A DNA stretch of 64,000 nucleotides, taken from assembly GCA_015680685.1 (NCBI GenBank), contig MNCI01000535.1, forward strand, positions 1-64,000. Reading direction: 5' to 3'. This document shows, piece after piece, positions 49,659-62,993 of the stretch; the stretch's first letter is position 1, and the number at the start of each line of letters is the position of its first letter. The DNA is from Gnetum montanum. Its lineage: Eukaryota; Plantae; Gnetophyta. Under the pieces are notes generated by a model that was not told where the DNA came from, searched no databases, and worked only from the letters and a program-made list of their open reading frames with translations. A program made the position numbers and the translations under genes.

Positions 49659-52600
49659 GTAAACATGGTTATTGTAATGCTTTTATGCTTTGGTTTGATT
49701 ACCTTCTCTAGCTTCAATGATTTTACAACTTCTTGTAGGTATAAGGTCAATGATCAGGGCTTAATCATCAATGATCAAATCTTGGTAGTGGCTCAAACTA
49801 CTTTGGATGAATTCACTAAGTCCTCAAATTAGAACTACTGTGTATCAATAGTTAAGAGGGAACTTTGATGAATACACCACTAGGTTTAACCTCATATACA
49901 AAAAGTGCAAGGATGATGGGATGATGCACAACTGATGGGTAGATGTCAACAGCACAGATATGACCCTTGTAGCTCAAACCTCCACACTGTATAAGAAAAG
50001 TAAAGGTGAACATATAACTTCTAGTTTTTTATGGCTCTAAGTGTTTTATTGCTTTTCTTGGTCATCAAAAACATTGATATTGATGCTAACCTTTAGTTAT
50101 TTCTTCATAGGACCTTCCACCTTAGTTGATGTTACTATACCACTTTCAAGTTCACGTCATGAGGATACCCTCATCCTAATGTTTGGTGATGTGACATTAG
50201 TACAAGAGTGGCTAAATGGGTATGTGCCTAGATACGTTCAAGCAAACATCCAACATGTAGGTTTTCTCAATGTATTTATGGCACCTATCCCTTCCATTAT
50301 TACTATAGAGATGTTGTATGTTATCAACTCCTTCAATGAGAAGGTTGGCTATTTTAGCACCATAATCTGAGGTGTGAAGGTAAACATGGATGTTGGTGCT
50401 AGCCTCCTTCATGACTTGTTTGGTATCTCTACTAATAGGGCAAAGGTTCCTACCAGGCTGTTAAGTGAATTGGTCCATTGCGAAGAAGTTCTAGAGTGGC
50501 TTGGTGCCAACTTGGGCTACTATGGAATTTTGATGGAGAGATTCACAAATCTTGATGTAAAGGAATCATATCATTTGTTTAAATCTAATGCATACCACAA
50601 ACTACTATTAAAAAAGAAGGTAATCGGACTAGCATAGAGGTGGACCTTTAAGAAGGTCTTGATGGAGGTCATTAGATTTGATTGGGAAACTGCTTTAGCT
50701 ACTAGGCTTTGAGAGAAAATCCTTGGACTTTGTCTTGACACCTCTACAATAATCCATATGCAGTTTACATTTTTTATAGGTTATCTAAAGAGCTTCACAG
50801 AGTTTTTGGTGGTGTATAGAATGGACGACGTATTTTCCAAAACCCAAGCCAACTTTCTAGGCCTTGGATAAGGCACCTCTATCCAACAGTGTAGGCCTAG
50901 AACCCATAAAAGGGAATGGATGATATGTTATCCATCACCACTAAGAATCTTGATGTTAGGTGATATGAGTCTTCTGATAGTACTAATGATAATGAGCCCC
51001 TCTCATTTCTTGCTAGTGTTTAGGATGTCAGATGATGGCACATGCAGGCCAAAGAGGTAGCTAAATAGAAACTCAAGAGGCCTATGAAGGAGGCAACCCT
51101 AGCATTAGATCAACCTATCCTGAAGAAGCTTAAGTTTAATCTTAAGCCCTCATAGAAGGCAGTTGTAAGAATTCTTTTAAATTTGGATATTTCATGTTCT
51201 AAAGTTTATGGCTATTTTATGGTTTCATGTGTTAACTAAGTTTCTATGTGTTATGGTTTTAGATAAGTGTAAGGTTATAGTAGCCCAAGCTACTACAGAG
51301 GCAAAATAAAGGCATGCATAAGAGGCATTCCTAAAGTAACCTATGGTTGAAGGACTTACTGATGTAGGTATAGATGATCTAGATGCCTTGTTTAATGAGG
51401 TAGTACTAGGTACCTCTCCCATCATCATCCTAGATGAGGGAGAGGAGGAGGAGCTAGGTATACCTATGCCTTAATAGTTTTTTTATATCTCATTGGTTAT
51501 CTTTTGGTTGTCATCTTAACCTTTTGATGATTTTTATGCATACAGTAGTTCCTAAACCACTAGTGCAAGATCCCATTCCTAAGTTTCATGTGAAGCCATG
51601 GGTAGAGACTCCAGAGAAAGTGGAGTTTCTATGTGGGATGGCTAAGGACATCATCGATCGATTACATTAGGTTGCACCTGAGAAAGGTAAGTATTTCATT
51701 TTATGTGTCTTAGTTGTGGGCTTTGCTTGCATTATTGCTATCTTAGGTTCTATTCTATGGTTGTATTTTGTGCTTGTGTAGTATCCTTCATGGAGTGGTA
51801 TCACAAGAGAGACATGAATATTGAATCCTTACCAAAGCTTCGCTTTGATGTGTCAAGTGTACTCATGAAGTTGTATGAGATTGCTACTAATTTAGCAATG
51901 TCTTGTGCAAAAACTTCATGGGAGCTAGAGAGGTCAAAAAAATCCCTATGAGAGGAAGTTGTGGCCTTAAGAAAAAGGACTCAAAGGTAGGAGGACACAA
52001 TTATAGATCTCCAAGACTATAAATCCTTTGTGGAAGCCCAAGTGGCTAACTCAAGGAAGTTATGGACTAACAAGATCACATGGGCCCACTACTAGCATGT
52101 TGCTTAGGATAAAGTAGTGGTCCTATGAGAGATGGTGGAACGATGTATGTAGATGAACCTCATCTCCCAAAATATTAAGGACTAGAAGGATCACTACGCT
52201 TGGGTCCTAGAGTGGGGAAGGACACAAAGGCCCACAAGTGTTTGTATAAGGTTAATCATGTGGCCTATGTAAAGGGACTTAAGGAGGAGTTGATTGAATG
52301 GTGCAAAAGAGAGCTATTCATTTAGGGGATCTAGGTGGAGAGTGCTTATCAAGTTTTTGAAAGTACTCTGAAGGTAAAGAAATCCTCTACTCTTTAGATC
52401 ACCATGGTTGTAGGTGAGACCTCTACAACTATTCCTATTCATGGGCCTCCTACTTAGACTCCTATAGACAGGTCTGACATTGATCTTGAGGATGTTGGCT
52501 GGTTCAACATGATAGAGGACTAGATCCTCCATTGTTTGGAGAAAGGCCTTTTTCATCTATCCCTAGAAGTAATGGAGTTATAATTTCTAAAGGTTTGATA

Positions 52601-53449
52601 TATTTCATGTTTTAGTCTTTGTTTTAAGTCATGATTTTGGCTATGGGTTACTAACTAGATATATGTTATTGCATTTTAGGCTTGAGGAGATATTGGTAGC
52701 CATGGTAGTGAGGATGGGAATGACCCATCACTTTCTCCTCTAGATGTCACTTAGGAGCATCCTTCAGTTTAGCTTTTTGATTATTTTATTTTTCATGTTA
52801 ATGACTATGATTAACCAAGACTATGTTATAGATGGCTGTTGTTCTTTGAAATTTTTGCCACATAGTGTTGACATGGCTATGTATGTTATGGTCATTTTAA
52901 TTTTAAATTTAATTATTGGTTTTATTTTAGCTATATGCATTTATAGTAGTGGTGAATACTGTAAATGTTATAAACCTTGAAATTAGTGATGTTGATGTTT
53001 TTGGTTATAAAATTAAATGGCTAATCGATGTGATAATGGCATAAGAAAAGAGAGAATAGTAATAAAAGAGATTTTTGCTGGTTTTAGGCCATTACGAGCA
53101 TAGGTCATATAGTTTTTACTAGTTTAAGGCCATGGTATGCCATATCACCAGTTTAGAGTCTTAATGGACTATAGTGCCAATTTAACATCTTAGTGGATGG
53201 TAGTGCCAGTTTAACATCTTAGCAAACATTTTCTGGAAGAGATGCTTTTTTTGATGTTTGAAACATAAGTAAAAATAAAGAAAGGTTGTAGAAAATAGGT
53301 AAAAATGCAAACAAATTTAGGCTATGTGCATAAAGAGTAAAACAACAAATGAAAAGTAAGGCTATATGGCTTTCAGTGCATTTGGTCATAGAGGTAGGGG
53401 AAGGATAAGGTAAACTTCACTTGTATAGATTTTTCCTGATCTTTGCAAG

Positions 53450-56400
53450 ATTAGGGAGCGAGTAAGGCCTACTTTCCAAAGCTTGTATTCATCAACCCCT
53501 TTGCTTATGATGTTAAAAGGGAGTTCATCTCATGATGTATCCCATTTTCTTTCATCATCATCATTGGCTATCGTGGGTTTTTGGTCTTCATGGCTAGGAG
53601 CTTCTTCTTGAAGCTCCACTTTGGACCCTTATTCTATGTCTACATTATAGATAGCTAGGGAAGCCAAATTGTCACTATGAATGATGATTTCACCTTCCTT
53701 ATAAGGAAGGTGAATTTATTGATGGATGGACGAGGACATAGCACATAACTGAGCCAACCAAGGTCTCCCTAGGATAAGGTTGAATCCTAGTGTCTCTTTC
53801 ACCACTAAGAAGTTTGTGGTTGTATGGAATTGTTCTCTAGCTATAAAATCCAAGGAGATACACCCCTTGACAGAAACTCTTGATCCATTAAAGGACTTAA
53901 GAGTTGTGATGGTTGTAGGTTGTACTTACTTAGTTAAGCCCAAGTATTCAATGATGATGCATGGGATGATGTTGGTTGCCTCCACATCATCAACATGCAC
54001 CTAATGTATTTTAAATTTTCCTATGCATATGGTTATGAATAAAGGGGCTAGTCACTTTGCCATTCTAGGGATTAACATTAATTTTGCAATTTTGAAATTT
54101 TGAAATTTTAAGGCTATTGATTTCTCCTTCCTTGGTGATGGAGGAATCATCATTGCAAGGATGGCTTCCTTGTTAGTAGAAATATCCTCACTAATGAGTA
54201 TGAAGGTTAACATTCTAACTAGTGCCTCATGATGTGTGATAGAAGTCATGATTAGGTCATATAAGCTAAGGGTTGTGTTTTTCTACTTGAGGGATTGCCT
54301 GAATTAGTCCATTGCATTAAGGAATTTTTTGTCATGTTGTGGGCTTGTCACTATGGTTATGCTTTACTTCCTCCATGCATCCCAAAACGTGGACTTCAGC
54401 TTTAGCCTTTGGCTACTGTGGCTCTTCCTTGTTGTCTTGGTTGTGGGCTTTGATGTCCTCTTGTGGGTTGTTGGTTGAAAAGGTTGGGGCAGAGGAGGTC
54501 ATGGGTATAGCCAAAATGGAAGTGGGCTTTGGTGGTTCCACTTCCTTTCATGCCTCCATCTACCTATCTCCCTTATTGTCAAGCTTTTACTTATGCTTTT
54601 TCTTTGTTTGTCTAAAGTTTTATGGTTGTTAGCTTTTGGTTGTATGGAAGAGACAATAGCATTGGCCACCATAGGAGGTTGTTGTGTAGTTGGTTAGGCT
54701 ATAGCTATTTAGGTTGTATTGGGTTGGGAGACCTTGAAGGCAAAAGGTTTCTTTAGAGGCATTTGTGATGGTACTCTGACAATGAAGGGAGGTCTTGAGC
54801 TATGGGAAGCTAAAGAAGCTCTTTCATTATAAAGGGGTACTTGAATCATGAATGGTCCTTTGGTAGGTATCTGATTTTCATTTATGTTGAGTTTTGAAAT
54901 AACATAGGAGATATCATTAGCATTCAATGGGCCTTTGTAGAATTGCATTGACTGGTTTTGTGGTTGAACTAGGTTAGAAGCATCTAAGACTAGTTTTCCC
55001 CTATCTATCATCCATTGCAAGTCATCCTTCAGTGCAAGATAAAAGTCTGTATCATGACTAGGCAATTTATGATAATGGTAGAATTAGTCTAGCTTAAAGT
55101 ATTTAGGAATTTGGGGATCATCTTCATTTCCTGAGTGGAGTCTTCATTGCATAGTTACTTGTGTTTCTTTCAAGCAACTTCAGTCATTTGTTTGTGTTGT
55201 ATGAGCCAACTTATTAATGGTTGGTCTAGCAACTCAAATGGTTTTAATAGCAATGTAATGTACTTAGACTTGTCCTTCCTTTCAAAGTTAGGTCTACTTG
55301 TTGTTGATGTAGTGGTCCTAGAGGTCGATGGTTGGTTATTGCAGTCATTGGTGAGATCCTTGGGTAGGTTGACCTTCAGTTATTGTTTTGTGGTCTTGGT
55401 TTCCTTGGTTATAGTTGCTATGGCTATGTTGTTTTATTTGTTCTTTTCTTTATCTCTTTGAGTATGTTGATTTTTATATGATATATAGGTTGGATCATGA
55501 CTGGGCTTCATGGCATCCTATATATTTTTAGTTTGTGAGAACACTTGGCTAAGAGATCATGGATCAAGGTAGTAGATTTTAGATTTGATGAAGTCATTAA
55601 CTACTTCCTTGAATATGGCTAACAAGTGGGCTTCAACTATGGGCTATGGTATTTTATTCAATAATCCATTCCATTACTGAATGAATTTCTGTATAGTTTC
55701 TAAGGGCCCCTACTTGACCTTCATGAGTTGGTCAAGCATTGTGTAAAGCTTTAAGTTATACTTGAAGCTATTGACAAACTAGGCTACAAGGTCCTCCAAA
55801 GAGGATATGGACCCTCTAGACAATGCACATTACCAATCAAATGTTTTCCTAGTTAAAGGCATAGGGAAAATCCTCATGATGGTATGAGGCCATGGCTACA
55901 AGAGTAAACATTCAAATTGAAAGGTAATAAAGTGAGAATTAGGATCACCTTCTCCATTATATTTTCTAAATTGGGAAATGGGAACACCAAGAGGAATTTT
56001 CAAGGGTGGGACTACAAGACTTATGGGATTGTCCTTGTAGAAGTCCATAATCTTGATAGTTTGTGTGATAGAGGTTTTAAGCCTCTTCAACTCCTCTGTT
56101 AGGTCTTAGATCATTTGGAAGGCTTGATCCAAGCTTTGTAGTGGCCCTATAGGTTGCAGGGTTTGTACATAAGGTTGTGGTGTCTATTGTGAGGCTTCTG
56201 GTCTCATTATGGGTTACATGATAGAAGGAAAAGGTTGGGTTATCATAGTGTCTTAAGGACCAAACAAAGAAAAAGATGTTTGTGCCAGTACTTGAGGTAA
56301 ACATGGCATATTTGGGGTGTATGACCCTTGTGTTGCTTAGGGTCCTATGGTAGACCTTGCATGAGTAGTTAACAGATTTGTGGTGGTAAAAGCCACCATT

Positions 56401-56560
56401 GCTAGTTTTATGTATCAAGATTGTGTTGTAAATGATATTGATGTATAATAGTTGGTTGTTTGTTGCATTGTCTGAGTGTGATTTGTGGCTATAAATAGCA
56501 TGGGATTTGCCATAGTAGGGTAGGAAGGAGTGGAATATGGTGGAACCATGTCCATGGAGA
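53450..56560 (-). pseudogene. gag: C1 gag-protease, 5'-truncated
   Basis: FRKYNGEGDPNSHF, SHDTDFYLALKDDLQ, VHVDDVEATNII, FNLILGRPWL. Confidence 0.88.
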
Positions 56561-58540
56561 AAACATGGGATAGTTATCCAACATCCTACATGAATAGGAT
56601 ACTTGGCAACTATAGCTTATATTTTTATAGTAATAGTAAATTCCCAAAGAAATTATAACTTCCTATGGTGGTTATAACTAAATTCCCATGATGTTTGTAA
56701 CTAACCTTAATTTCTCATGATGTTTGTAACTATCAAGAAGCCAATATAAAAAGAGCTTTAAGGGTTGAATGGAAAAAATAGGAAAGGAACTTGAAAGAAG
56801 TATTTAAGATTACTTGTAAGAATAACTTGCTAATTGCATCATCAATTCAGCTACTTTGCTTAAATCCTATGAATTTGTTTCTTCTCATTTTTCCTTAGTT
56901 GCTTAGATAATATTTTAGATAGTACTATATTTGACATTTAATTATGGGATTATCTTATATCTCTTATAGCTCTATTTTTGTGTAATGTTAGACTTCTATT
57001 TTTTTACCATGTAAGAGCTTGTGTTGTCTTTTAAAAAGCATCATGAGCTATTTAATAGTAATGCCTTTATGAAATTTCCTATTCAAGTATAAAGGTTCTA
57101 GAAAATCTTTGATATTTTGAGTTGACTTGAAATAGCTTCAATTTTAAAGTTTTTCCTTCATATTCAATCTTGAAATTGTTATACCTTTTCTGATAGCTCT
57201 ATTATTGCAATTATTAACAACTATTAACTAGGCATATAATAGCTTGTATTTTTTTCATTTACAAAGAATTTTTGTAGTTTAATAGGAGTGTCTTTTACAA
57301 AATTTCTTGTTGAGCTTAGAGTATTTGGATGATTTGTAACACTTTAGGTTGAATTGGAATAACTTTATTTTGAAGTGTTTTCTCATGTTTAATTTATCTC
57401 ACTTAAATGTTTGAGATTTCACAAAAATATACTTTCTTTCTCATTCTCTTTTAAAATTCATTAAATCTTGATTATAAGATCAATTTTTCATTGGAAGAAG
57501 AATAGAAAAAGGTTTTTCTGTATGGGATAAGTAGTGGAGTAAAAACTAGAAAGATAAGAAGTTCGCCTCTTGCATCTCGTTTATTAGTATATAGGAGGAG
57601 GTTGAAGAAAAATAAGAGTTCATCTACTAAAAGAAATACTAATAAGATGGAAAATCCACAACCAATGAGTCCTTGGCAAGAGTTACACCATTAGGTTGTA
57701 AAAACTACAATGATATTCCCAAGGCAAGTTACAAACATTTTCCTGAATCTTTTACTACTAGAAAAGATTACTTGGTTGAAGAGTACATTCACCTATTTGA
57801 GTTAGCTTTAGCTCATCAAGATCAAGCTTGTAGGTTTTTTGTAGCAAATTTAAAGGATATGGCACAAATTTGGTATTCAAACTTGCTAAGAAATAGTATC
57901 ACTAGTTGGGATGATGTGAAAAGCCTTTTCTTGGACCAATTTAGCAATCAACTAGATCAACAACAACTGTACTATGGACTAATAAAAGCTAAGAAAGGAG
58001 TTAAAGAGTCAATTAGAGATTTCAAAATTAAATTTCAAGAAATTTGTGGGCTCTTTCAAAGATATAGACAATCAGATGAAATGCTTAGAGACACTTATCT
58101 TAAGGCTATGAATCCAAATATTTTAATTTGGTTAAGGAGAATTCCAAACTTGCTAACACTAAATGACTAGTTTAGTGAAGCTATACAGTTAGAGAAATAG
58201 TTGAACTTAAACAATGAAGAAATTATTACAACTCATAAAAGAGAAGAGAAAATTATGATCCTTGTGGAAGATTTTACCCAACTTAAAGAATTACTAGGAA
58301 CATTTCATATTAAGACAGAGCAAGAGTTAGAAAGTAGAGGATCTAAAAAGGACAATTAATAAGAGACTTATGTAGCAAAGTAGTGAAACTAGAAAAAGAT
58401 TTGGAAAAAGTTAAAATAAAGGAGGAAAAGGAAAAGAAAAAAAATAAGCATCAAGATACTAAGTTAGTAGATGATAAGAATGAAAATGATGTTTCTATTT
58501 CCAACTTCATTGATATCCAATCTAATAATGATCTATGATG
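56561..58540 (+). mobile_element. Fragment of an unrelated LTR element (D): LTR/leader-like DNA plus gag
   Basis: AT-rich segment interrupting the minus-strand gag sequences and carrying a plus-strand gag ORF; no TSD found. Confidence 0.6.
57673..58170 (+). pseudogene. gag: Retrotransposon gag (Retrotrans_gag-like) fragment
   Basis: HQDQACRFFVANLKDMAQIWYSNLLRNSITSWDDVKSLFLDQF...ESIRDF. Confidence 0.85.
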
Positions 58541-60374
58541 AAGGTATTCTACTCGCTGCTCATCAACAATCATACCTCTTATGAGGTTCCTTAGATAGCT
58601 ACTTATGTTGTATATAGTTGTCTTTAAGTGACTATTCTAAAAGCTCAGAGGGATTCATAGGTAACCTTGTGTACATAGATCTATCCTTCCCTCCAAATTT
58701 GGTCTTGGTTGATTTGGTACATAAGAAGTGGATGGTTTTGATGAGTCAGAAGATGTGTTGTGAGGTGGTGATCCCAACCTCTCTCTTTGTTTTGTCTCTT
58801 TTTTCATTGCAAACATAGTTTCATGCTCTTGCTTGATTTTACTACTATCCCTTCTTACATGTTGATTTTTATAGGCCACATAGGCTATATCATTACTTGC
58901 CTCAGCTACCTTCTTAATGTTCTTAGTTTGCAAGAAGGATTGGCTTTAACTTGATAAAGTTATTTACTACTCCCTTGTAGATGACCAAGAACTGGGTTTC
59001 ACAAATAGGCTTCTACATGTCATTGAGTATTAAGTTCTACCTTTGAATGAACCTTTTGATTAGTTTAAGTGGCCCTTGATTCACCTTCATCAATTGATCT
59101 AAGATGATATCTAGCTTCAATTTGTATTTGAATTGGTTGAAAAATTGGTTTATTAGGTCCTTAAGGAAATATGTAAAACCTCTAGGCAATGTTCAATACC
59201 AATCTAGATCCTTAAATTTGAGGAAGATAGGAAAAATACATAGTATCATATGAGGCCAAGCTTGCAAAAAGAGGTAGTTAGATCAAAAGGTAACCAAGTA
59301 TGCATTGGGATCTCCTTTACCATTGTATTTGGTGAAGTTTGGTATAGGAATATACATAGGTAAGCTCATTTGGGACATAGTAAGGCTTATAGGATCACCT
59401 TGGTAAAAGTCTAGAACCTTAACCATTTAAGTTGTACTAGCCTTGAGTTTTTGTAGCTCTTCAGTAAGGTCTTGAATCATTTGAAAGGATTGATCTAGGC
59501 CTTTGGGTATCCCTGTGCACTATGGTACTTGTGTTGATGGTTGAAGATGAAGTTATGAAGCTTGAGGTTATACAATTGATGTTGGCATAGAAGGAAGAGG
59601 TTGTGTGACCACCATCATAGGTGATTGAAACATGGAGAAAGAGATCTAAGTTGTGACTTTTGATATGAAGGAAGAAAAAGGTGTTTATGATCCTTGGATT
59701 ATTTGGAATACCATTGTAGTGCCCACTATTATGGAGAAGGAATGAATGATGGTGATAACCATTGGTGATGGCTGAGCTGACCATGGTTGTGTGGCAAACA
59801 ACATGTATGAGAAAATGGATGTGGTTTGGGACATCGATTGCACTTGATGCACCAATAGAATAGGGGTTGGCCCAAACATGGTTGGATAAATAGGTCAAGA
59901 AGTTTGATAGAATTGCCCCATGGAAGAGGTAGGAGAGACCAAAGTAAGCATAGTGGCTTGAGGAGTCGATTGTTGGAATAGGCTTCCTATGAAGTTGTCT
60001 AGTTTAGGCTCTGCCTTGAACTCATCATGCTCTTCATGCTAGTCCTTATAGCTTGACATCCCATCTTGCTCATCCATATCGATTAGATGAGACAAAATGC
60101 ATGTATGGGTTTAATACAGTGGTATCTTATCATATGAGGAAAGAATGTATTTCTTTCCATTACAGTGAATAAGTTTGTATTCATGGTTGGACTTTGCCTT
60201 TGGCTATGGGATGAGCAGACCTACCAAGATCTTGCCATAGATTAAATTATAATAATTTTCATGAATGTTTGCAAAATCTAGGCTCTTCCCTCTCAACCTA
60301 AGTGACTATCTACATTCAGCCATGGAAGGATCTTTAGGATCACAGACACTCAAAGTATCTTGGTTAGATGCCAT
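58541..60374 (-). pseudogene. gag: Second, diverged gag of the same family (element C2), 3'-truncated
   Basis: FTKYNGKGDPNAY, IAYVAYKN; covers the same gag segment as 55200-56560 but is clearly diverged from it. Confidence 0.82.
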
Positions 60375-61224
60375 ATTAGTTAGGTTGTGGGGAAAGATGG
60401 TGGATTGGATGAATGACATGTTTGATGGTTTTAAAATGATTTAGTAAGTTTTAAAATTAATTTTTTAAATCAAAATTTGAGCAAGTGGAATTTTTCAAGA
60501 TGCAAAATGGATTATAACTAGCAAAGTAGCTAAAATTGATGTTGTAAGTATAGTGCAAGTTACAATGAAAATGGTGTGATAGTATTTAAGGTAGGTAACA
60601 CCAACTAAATTGGCTTTTCCAATAGTGTCTATGCTAGAGGATGTGTAGTACACCACTATACTATCTAGCCAACTATGATGAACTACATGGTGGAAAATGG
60701 ATTTTCACTTTGGAAATCTAGGCTAGGAATTTCTCCACTTGAAGAAAGTATATTTACTTTTAAGAGATTAAATATGAAAATTTTTGCTTTTTCCAAGGAC
60801 TACACAAGAGTCCTCATAGTATCTATGCTGGCTCTCTTACAAAATTTTCAGAGTAGGTATATTTGGATTTTTGTATGGATCTACATTGGCTTTCAAGACA
60901 TCCTAAATATGGGTTTTGGTGGGTAAAAATTGATGTTTCAAGTGTTTACTATGCTAGCCCTGGAAAGTCTAGAAATAGCTATGAAAATGATGTAAAAAAC
61001 CCAACTCATCCACAACAATTACACTAGTTGTTGGTTGTGGAGGACTGGACACCAACGTTGACTTTTTAAGTTAAACATTTGCAGGTTTTCTAGTTCAAAA
61101 TGTAAAAGGCTTGGTATTTGGAAATAGGTTAGAAAGTCTTTTTAGAAAGTGTTTTTGAAAAAGATTTTGAAAAATTTTTTGGATTGAGAATTTGGGTGGA
61201 GGATGTTGTTCTAGTGCTAGAAAC

Positions 61225-62533
61225 TATAGTGCCAAGAAAATTTGGTTACTAGAAGAATCGAGAATCCATGGGAAGAACAACCTAACCTTGGATCCCAAGG
61301 GCCTTTGAGAAACAATATCTAAGGTACCCTGGATGATCTAGTTGATCATCTAGGGAGTTGAAAAATATAAACAAAAATAAAAATGGGAACAAAATGGTAT
61401 GTTCAAATGAAAATAAACACAAAAATTAAACTTGAAATAAATATGCACTATGAACTAGAGAAATTTATTAGAATAGCAAAAATGCTCAAATTTTAGAGTT
61501 CAAAAGGGTACAAATTATGTGCTTAAATGCATAAAAAACTTATTTAGATAGAGCTTGAAGCCTATTGTAAATGGTAAGTTGTGTTTGGAAGTTGAACTTC
61601 ACAATCCAGGTACTCCCCAACCCCAATTGTTAATAACTTCTTGTTGGTTTCCATGCAAATCTACAACTATGGTTACAAGTAGTGTTCCACTTTTGATATA
61701 ATTGTATTATGTTGAAAGTATCTAGTGTCCAACATAGATACCAACTTTCTTTCAAAAGTGCTCAAAAGACTATGGGTTTCATAAATGTTCATTTTAGATT
61801 GTTCAAATTACCTAGCCTCAATAATGTGTTTACGTTTAGCTTTTATAGGCTTCAGGTTGCTATTTTGGACTTCAAATCTCTACCATGATAGCTAACAAAT
61901 TGATGTTGATTGCCAGTGTAGCATGTTGTTATCCCAGTGTAGTTAACCATTTATTGCAAGTTTTGAGACACCAAAGCCATCAAAACCGATCTACATCCTA
62001 AAAATAATAACCAAGTTTTGTGACTATACTAGCTTCACCTTAACTACATTGGTCTTGGAGAGCTATGCTTGCATTGTTGGAATTTGTTGGAAAATGTGGT
62101 GACTATGCCAGCCATTGTTTGAGAAAATGAAAAATCCAACAACTTCACCATTGGATGTATGTAGCTACATTTGGTTTTGTGGTAACTACGCTAGTTTTTG
62201 CTGGAAAAATGAAAATCCAACACCATCTATGAGGGAGGTAGGTGGTTCTAGCGTAGTTAAGGCTATACCCCCACAGAACCCATGAAAATGTCAAATTTGG
62301 CAATTCCCAAGGCATTTTCACCCTTTCCAAGCCCAAATATAGCCATGAGGTGATGTTTTCCACTTGGGAAATGAGGTAGTAGCACTTTATGAGGCCTTTT
62401 TCAGTCCTAAAATGTTAAAGTATGCAAGATTGTATCTCATGGACCACAAATCCTATGTTTACAATAAGATCTTGCCTTAGGTTGGGTGGTGAAGGTTAGA
62501 AGTTACAAGTATTTTTCTTGGTGGTGTTTTACA
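61225..62533 (-). repeat. 5' LTR of C2 with an adjacent decayed PBS (61209-61219)
   Basis: On - strand starts TGTAAAACACC and ends GGCACTATA, then GTTTC TAGCACTAGAA; parallels B's GCTACA GTTTTC TGGTGCTAGAA. Confidence 0.7.
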
Positions 62534-62804
62534 CATCAAGCCCGAAGGAAAAAAAGAAGAAAAAAGCAAAAATAGGAAGGAGTGTAACTCAAATTACAGT
62601 TTCTTGTACTTTGAAGCATAGTACAAGAAAATAATCAAATGATGTGACAAATTAAGTATACACATACAATAGCATAGAATAGACAATGATAGCTTTGATG
62701 TTGAAAATACTTGCAAAATTCCCAAGAATTTGGAGTCTTCTTATAGCATTGGAGTTTCCAAAAACACCTTAGAATTTATGCAACATATACCCAATTGCTA
62801 GTAT

Positions 62805-62945
62805 AGATGTCTCCTTCAAAGTTGGGACGTCTACCTAAGTTCAGCCTTAATTCAAGAGTGATGTCTCCTTAAAGAATGGGACATCTACTGTGATACATCT
62901 TCTTTGAAATAGAGACATCTACTAAAAATAGTAGATGTCTTCTTC
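62805..62945. repeat. Cluster of GGACATCT/AGATGTCT motifs
   Basis: About 7 copies; same core as 868-1088. Confidence 0.55.
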
Positions 62946-62993
62946 AACTTTTGGTTTCTTAAATTCTTAGGCTTTCTTCCATCAGTTTGCCTT

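Larger units (their letters stand above)
47311..52754 (+). pseudogene. C1 antisense multi-exon accessory gene
   Basis: Probable exon 1 MTPK... 47311-47446 (AAG|GTAGGT); NIF-like exon; VGFLNVFMAP...VINSFNEKVGYF and FDWETAL homologous to A/B; donor AAAG|GTAAGT (~51687). Ends approximate. Confidence 0.72.
9247..56560 (-). mobile_element. Element C1: old Tat-type Ty3/gypsy retrotransposon, interrupted by element A (16044-46932)
   Basis: Colinear gag-PR (56560-53450), antisense gene (47311-52754), spacer array and RT-RH-aRH-INT (12196-9247). The sequence rejoins across A at the AAGAG TSD. Ends are not resolved. Confidence 0.85.
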
